Assembly (NCBI GenBank): GCA_011087955.1 | Contig: JAALKR010000001.1 | Span: 38,449-102,448 of the forward strand | DNA from: Oligoflexia bacterium | GTDB lineage: Bacteria; Bdellovibrionota; UBA1018; CAIPTA01; JAALKR01 | Direction of reading: 5' to 3' | Length of the DNA: 64,000 nt | Shown: positions 59,114 through 64,000 of the stretch, piece after piece | How the letters are laid out: each line of letters starts with the position of its first letter | Position numbering within the stretch: position 1 is the first letter of the stretch | The notes under the pieces: generated by a model | What the model was told of the DNA's origin: nothing | Seen by the model: the letters and a program-made list of their open reading frames with translations, nothing else | Databases searched by the model: none | Program-made: the position numbers and the translations under genes

Positions 59114-59251
59114 TGGCCTTTAAGTTGATGCAAGAGTGTGAGAAAAAGTGGATGTCAATAAGAGGCTACCAAGATATTGATAAACTTTTACAGTTCATCC
59201 AACCAAGAGGGAGTTGCCTAGGCTCTGACCCACAACTTTTGGGGGTATCTC
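59092..59251 (+). mobile_element. IS256-family 3' remnant with terminal inverted-repeat-like end
   Basis: Manual translation SVTAAEVMAFKLMQECEKKWMSIRGYQDIDKLL resembles the IS256 transposase C-terminus; ends CCCACAACTTTTGGGGGTATCTC. Confidence 0.65.
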
Positions 59252-60122
59252 GCGTCGGTCATTCCAAGAAGTGACTTCTTTCCAAGGCAAAGTTTGGTCT
59301 GCGTCTGTCTTATTTTTATCATATTCACAATTGAGCTTAAAGTCGTATTGCATCTGAGCTCCAGTTCCACCGCTGTTACTTCCTTTCCCCAGAGGAAGGT
59401 GTATAGTGTCATTAGAGCTAGTTGTTTCCCATTTAGATCTAAAGGTTCCCCCGATTTTTGCGTATCTAGAGATAACGTCAGATTCGTTTCCATTTCCGTC
59501 AGACACTTGCAAGTAAATGTAATAAGTCCCAGGGGAATTTGGGAATGTATGATTACCATTCTCGTCCATGTCCTGGACAATGATTGTTTCAGATTTGCGT
59601 TCTTCGATGGGCTCATAAGGGTAATCTTCTGGAAAGACGTAATTCGGATTGTCTGGGTCCGCGTGCTCTTCCTTTTCTAGAATTTTCACTCTAACGAAGC
59701 ATTCCTCCCATAGGCAATCCCATCTCCAAGTTTTTTCAGATTGCCACTCGTCATTGTTTTCTAAGTCGATTGGAACAAGAGGAGTGTTTTGATCTCCAAC
59801 AATGGAATAAAAGGAGAAGACTTCTGAAACTCTTCCATTTGCATTAGGAGCGTCATCTTGAATTTGAATATGCAAATAATAGGCATAACTGCCCTGGATC
59901 GAGAGATCCTTGGCATGTCCACTCCCAAGTATGTGATGAGCTGGGTTGGCTTTTACTTTTGAGGATATTTCCCTGCAAGTCGACAGGAATGAGTGGGTCG
60001 TCTCTATCTTGATCTTGTGCAAATTTAACTTCAATTTCATACGAGTGATACGATTTATACGATTCATCCGAGCAAGCGACAGTGAATATTAACGCAACAG
60101 CTATAGCAATTATTTTACTCAT
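59252..60122 (-). pseudogene. Disrupted BspA/DUF285-type surface lipoprotein (5' part)
   Basis: Lipobox TVAC; frame change near 59900; FRSKWETT...IHLPL...YDF...VTSWND; cut at the IS end. Confidence 0.6.
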
Positions 60123-60234
60123 AGATTTATATCCTCGATGTCGTCCTTAGGTCCTAGCCCACTACCCTCACCTGCAGATAAAGCTACGATCTTAATACGT
60201 ATGTCTTTTCTCCTAGTTCTATTGCTCTTCATGC

Positions 60235-60250
60235 GGCAAGTCATGTGCCA
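60235..60250 (-). promoter_or_regulatory. Sigma-54 promoter of the lipoprotein pseudogene
   Basis: TGGCACATGACTTGCC, exact TGGCAC-N5-TTGC. Confidence 0.75.
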
Positions 60251-60424
60251 CTCGTAATACTGCAAGCTATATGTCGCTCGTATGCTAATAGAATCAAAAA
60301 ATTAAACGGGAATTTGAAGATCGAATCGAAAAGTTTAGTTGCATTTGCCTAGTTCTTGTACGGTTATAAGAGTTGAACTCGAGAATTAGGCACTCGTCCC
60401 AATTTTTCATGCTATCTATGGCGT

Positions 60425-61324
60425 ATGGCGATTATGTGGGAGCACATTTCAAACGATGAACGTAATGCCATCGCAGTAGAGGCAAAGAAACTGTTCGCAT
60501 GCAGCAATCTAAACCCGGCGCTTCAAAAGTGGTGCCTGGGGCTTCTCGACCGCCTGCGTCCCAGGCACGACGAACCTTCCTGGTTGCCAGTGCCTCCTAC
60601 GGAAAACAAAATAGTAACCACCTGGCTGGCGAGTCAAATCGACCACACCTTGCTCAAACCTGAAGCGGTGAGCGCCAGCTATGAAAAACTCTGTGCCGAG
60701 GCCCGAGAGTTCAACTTTAAGGCGATCTGTGTCCCACCCAATAGAGTGGTAGAATGTGTAGAATTACTGAAAGGTTCACCCGTCCTCACGATTACCGTCA
60801 CCGGATTCCCTCTGGGCTATGCAAGTCCTGAATCAATGGCACAAGAGACGCGGGTTGCGATCGAGGCTGGCTCTGGCGAAGTGGATATGGTTATTCCTTA
60901 CGGCGCATTAAAAGACGGTAAATACGCAGAAGTCTTTGCCTCCGTCTCAACGGTTTGTAAAGCCAGTACAGTCGAATCTGGAGTAAAAATCTTGGTCAAA
61001 TCGATCCTCGAATCGGCCGCTCTATCCGATGCTGAATTAGCCTGCGCATCCGCGATTGCTCTTGTCGCCGGAGCTGATTTTATTAAAACAAGCACGGGGT
61101 TTTCTGCAACTGGAGGCGCCAGCCTACGAGCCATAAATATCATGCGCCTAATTGCGGGCCCTAATAAGGGAGTGAAAGCCAGTGGCGGCATTCGCGATCG
61201 CGCGACTGCGATAAAGATGATTGAAGCGGGCGCGAATCGCATCGGAACGTCGGATTCAGTAGCGATTGTCCAAGACGCACCTGGCTTAACACAAAGTAAG
61301 CCTAGTTCAACAGGAGACTATTAG
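60425..61324 (+). CDS. deoC: Deoxyribose-phosphate aldolase with N-terminal extension
   Basis: IDHTLLKP, GFPLG, EVDMV, FIKTSTGF, VKASGGIR, RIGTS. Confidence 0.95.
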   Translation: MAIMWEHISNDERNAIAVEAKKLFACSNLNPALQKWCLGLLDRLRPRHDEPSWLPVPPTENKIVTTWLASQIDHTLLKPEAVSASYEKLCAEAREFNFKAICVPPNRVVECVELLKGSPVLTITVTGFPLGYASPESMAQETRVAIEAGSGEVDMVIPYGALKDGKYAEVFASVSTVCKASTVESGVKILVKSILESAALSDAELACASAIALVAGADFIKTSTGFSATGGASLRAINIMRLIAGPNKGVKASGGIRDRATAIKMIEAGANRIGTSDSVAIVQDAPGLTQSKPSSTGDY

Positions 61325-62518
61325 GTGAAAGCCAAACGCGTATTCTTCTTCGTGCTCGATTCTGTAGGAGTTGGTGCCATGCCCGACGCGGCTGAATATG
61401 GCGATGGAGACGTAAACACGCTTAAGCACATTGCAAAGACCGTGGGCGGATTAAACCTGCCAACGCTAGAGAAGATGGGACTCGGGCACCTGACTGAGAT
61501 AAAAGGCGTAGCGAAGCCGAGCTCAACGATTGCTGCCTATGGAAAAGCAGCAGAGAAATCAAAGGGTAAAGACACAACTACCGGGCATTGGGAATTTATG
61601 GGCATTGAAGTCAGCGTCCCCTTCCCCACTTATCCCCAAGGGTTCCCGAAAGAGTTTATTGATTGCTTTGTCGCCGAAAATAGCTTGCCTGGGGTCCTGG
61701 GTAATAAAGCCGCTTCTGGAACGGTGATCATTGAAGAACTTGGTGAGAAGCATTTAGCTTCTGAAAAACCAATTGTATACACTTCCGCTGATTCCGTTTT
61801 TCAAATCGCCTGCCATGAAGAGACGTTTGGTCTAGATCGTCTCTACTCTCTTTGCAAGAATGCACGCAAGCAATGCAATGAAATTAATGTGAGCCGAGTG
61901 ATTGCACGGCCATTTCTTGGCGCTAACGCAAAGGCTTTTAAGCGCACGGGAAATCGCAAAGACTACAGCATTGAACTACCAGCTAAAACAGCTCTGGATC
62001 ATTTGTTAGTAGACAAGTTCGAGTCCATCTCGATTGGAAAAGTAGCTAGCATTTATGGCTATACCGGATTCTCAAAGGAGCTAAAAGCAAGTTCCAATCA
62101 AGAAATTTTTAATGTTGCCAAAAAAGAAGCGGAACGAAATTTTACCGGCTTGCTGTTTGCTAATTTTGTCGATTTCGATATGCTCTACGGCCATCGACGC
62201 AATCCGAGGGGCTATGCCAAAGAACTAGAGTGGTTTGATGCAGAGCTGAGGTCGTTTATCAAATCAATGATGCGTGAGGATGACTTGTTGATTTTGTCCG
62301 CCGACCACGGCAATGACCCAACCGCACCAGGTTCAGATCATACCCGTGAATACGTACCGATCATTGCCTATACGAAAGTAACCGAAAATAGTGGTGGTAA
62401 GGCTCTTGGAACTAGAACTTCTTTCGCCGATATTGGGCAAACTATTTTGGACGCCTTGGGGAGCTCAGCCAAGCTCCCCATCGGTCAAAGTTTTTGGCAG
62501 GAAATGAGGATGCTATGA
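61325..62518 (+). CDS. deoB: Phosphopentomutase
   Basis: LDSVGVG, GKDTTTGHWE, YTSADSV, YGHRR, ADHGNDP, DHTRE. Confidence 0.96.
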   Translation: MKAKRVFFFVLDSVGVGAMPDAAEYGDGDVNTLKHIAKTVGGLNLPTLEKMGLGHLTEIKGVAKPSSTIAAYGKAAEKSKGKDTTTGHWEFMGIEVSVPFPTYPQGFPKEFIDCFVAENSLPGVLGNKAASGTVIIEELGEKHLASEKPIVYTSADSVFQIACHEETFGLDRLYSLCKNARKQCNEINVSRVIARPFLGANAKAFKRTGNRKDYSIELPAKTALDHLLVDKFESISIGKVASIYGYTGFSKELKASSNQEIFNVAKKEAERNFTGLLFANFVDFDMLYGHRRNPRGYAKELEWFDAELRSFIKSMMREDDLLILSADHGNDPTAPGSDHTREYVPIIAYTKVTENSGGKALGTRTSFADIGQTILDALGSSAKLPIGQSFWQEMRML

Positions 62519-63846
62519 GCTTTAACCCTGTAGAGTTAACTACTCGCAAGCGTGACGGTGAAAAACTAAGCGCTGAAGAGATTTCCTGGTTTATCACCGA
62601 ATATACCAATGGAACTATTCCCGATTACCAAATGTCAGCAATGTTAATGGCTATTTATTTTCAGGGCATGTCGACAGCTGAGACTGCAGCAATGACGGAT
62701 GTAATGTTACATTCTGGATCTGTCCTAAATCTTCGAGATATCGATAAGCCCAAAATTGATAAGCATTCCACGGGTGGAATTGGAGATAAAACAAGCATTA
62801 TTCTAGTTCCACTACTCGCTTGTTTTGATATTGCCGTTCCAATGATTGCCGGCCGAGGCCTTGGACACACAGGCGGAACAATCGATAAGTTAGAGGCTAT
62901 CCCTGGATTCCAAGCGGAGCTCGGTGAGCCTCGCTTTAAAGAGCTATTGGGTACGATTGGTGCTGCACTGATTAGCCAAGGCAAAGGCCTTTGCCCGGCA
63001 GACAAAAAGCTCTACGGACTGCGGGATGTTTCAGGTACGGTTCCGGCCATTCCGTTAATCGTCTCCTCTATTATGTCCAAGAAGCTTGCGGAAGATATTG
63101 ATGGCCTCGTTTTAGACGTAAAGTTTGGTTCTGGTGCCTTTATGAAAACCGTTAAGGAAGCAAAGGCCCTCGCAAAAGCTATGGTGAGTACTGGCAAGCA
63201 TGCTGGCCGCCATGTAGTCGCCGTGCTAACGGATATGAGTCAACCTTTGGGCCGTGCCGTAGGCAACGCAAACGAAATCAATGAATGTGTGGAGTTTCTA
63301 CGCCGAGGTCCGCAAGATCCGGCAATCGATAAACGTCTATATGATTGCACCATGAGTTTAGCGGTGGAAATGCTTATTTTAGGTCGTAGACAAATGGGTA
63401 AAAGGCTCAAGCCAAAGGATGCCAAAAAAGAGCTAGAAGAAATGCTGCTCTCCGGCCGGCCGTACTCAAAATTTTTAGAGATGGTGTCCCTACAAGGGGG
63501 CGACACAGTGGCACTGGACTCAGGACTTCCCGTAGCAAAAGTAAAAAAAACTTTGAAGGCAAAGAAGGCCGGATATATTCGGGCTATGGATGCCCAAGCG
63601 ATCGGCATGGTTGTGGTGGACCTGGGTGGCGGTCGAAAAGCTGCATCTGATTCGATAGATCACAGTGTGGGCCTTGAATTTGAGCGGTTTATTGGGGATC
63701 ACCTGCAAAAGGGGGAGGATATCGTAAAAATCTACGCAAACTCTGAAACAGTGGCTCGGTCTGCGTTGGAGCAGCTCCAAGAGGTAATCGTAGTCAGCCC
63801 ACAGAAAAAATCAGCGCCCAAATTAGTTCGAGAACGAATCGTTTAG
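62515..63846 (+). CDS. pdp: Pyrimidine-nucleoside/thymidine phosphorylase
   Basis: DKHSTGGIGDK, GRGLGHTGGT, SSIMSKK, DVKFGSGAFM; ATGA overlap with deoB. Confidence 0.95.
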   Translation: MSFNPVELTTRKRDGEKLSAEEISWFITEYTNGTIPDYQMSAMLMAIYFQGMSTAETAAMTDVMLHSGSVLNLRDIDKPKIDKHSTGGIGDKTSIILVPLLACFDIAVPMIAGRGLGHTGGTIDKLEAIPGFQAELGEPRFKELLGTIGAALISQGKGLCPADKKLYGLRDVSGTVPAIPLIVSSIMSKKLAEDIDGLVLDVKFGSGAFMKTVKEAKALAKAMVSTGKHAGRHVVAVLTDMSQPLGRAVGNANEINECVEFLRRGPQDPAIDKRLYDCTMSLAVEMLILGRRQMGKRLKPKDAKKELEEMLLSGRPYSKFLEMVSLQGGDTVALDSGLPVAKVKKTLKAKKAGYIRAMDAQAIGMVVVDLGGGRKAASDSIDHSVGLEFERFIGDHLQKGEDIVKIYANSETVARSALEQLQEVIVVSPQKKSAPKLVRERIV

Positions 63847-63855
63847 GGTATTAGA

Positions 63856-64000
63856 ATGGAACAAGCAGGACAAATTACACAGCAAATTAATGAGACTACC
63901 GCCTTTCTCCAAAAGAAGCTTCCAACCCGACCCAAAACGGGCCTGGTCTTAGGCTCTGGCCTTGGCACTTTCGTAGACCATATGAAAGACCAGACAGTAA
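63856..64000 (+). CDS. punA: Purine-nucleoside phosphorylase, N-terminal part (runs off window)
   Basis: Manual translation MEQAGQ...PKTGLVLGSGLGTFVD; deo operon context. Confidence 0.85.
   Translation, partial: MEQAGQITQQINETTAFLQKKLPTRPKTGLVLGSGLGTFVDHMKDQTV

Larger units (their letters stand above)
55895..59251. mobile_element. Decayed composite island: prophage-derived methyltransferase/cos fragment, HipBA-type module and IS256 end
   Basis: Truncated or frameshifted ORFs at both edges; left boundary approximate (a stub MTDNQKPELK after the methyltransferase ends quickly), right boundary at the IS end. Confidence 0.65.

Noticed and set aside
39300..59251. A single 20-kb inversion joining the two BspA-like fragments
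   Set aside because: Orientation would fit, but the central repeats are missing, there is no IS end at 39.3 kb, and it would separate the linked bfr and bfd
305..63780. Numerous 60-170 aa alternative-frame ORFs inside housekeeping genes
   Set aside because: No motifs or RBS; expected shadow ORFs, unlike the methyltransferase pair where both frames carry family motifs

Overview
Bacterial chromosomal window. Gene content (two GYF_2-PilZ proteins, ExbB-ExbD-ExbD, PocR sigma-54 activator, nusB followed by an M17-N-like gene, HCF101-like Mrp) suggests a Bdellovibrionota/Oligoflexia-like organism; this is inference only. Most of it is housekeeping: envelope biogenesis (mrp-lysS-lolCD-bamA-skp-lpxD, anmK, lpxC, ribF, gmhA), a sigma-54 activator with LpoB/COG3014 lipoproteins, gluQ, htrA, a cyclophilin, two Na+ symporters, trxA, polA, bfr/bfd, pntA1A2B, rpmF-plsX-fabH-fabG-acpP-fabF-rpiB-glyA-nusB, PIN-PhoH and deoC-deoB-pdp-punA. 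There are two accessory scars. (i) About 55.9-60.3 kb: a C5 DNA methyltransferase split over two overlapping reading frames (M.EcoHK31I-like, with an extra 2-nt frameshift), a lambda-like cos site, an intact HipBA-type module, an IS256 3' end and a disrupted BspA-like lipoprotein. (ii) About 39.3-39.75 kb: a fragment with two convergent gene 3' ends between bfr and bfd. Regulatory signals read from the sequence include three sigma-54 promoters, a 17-bp palindrome shared by the activator gene and an orphan secreted-protein gene, a Fur-like box over a probably leaderless bfd, and a 12-bp tandem repeat at the fabH ribosome-binding site. No rRNA, tRNA or CRISPR array was seen. All calls come from recognising motifs by eye; no database searches were run.
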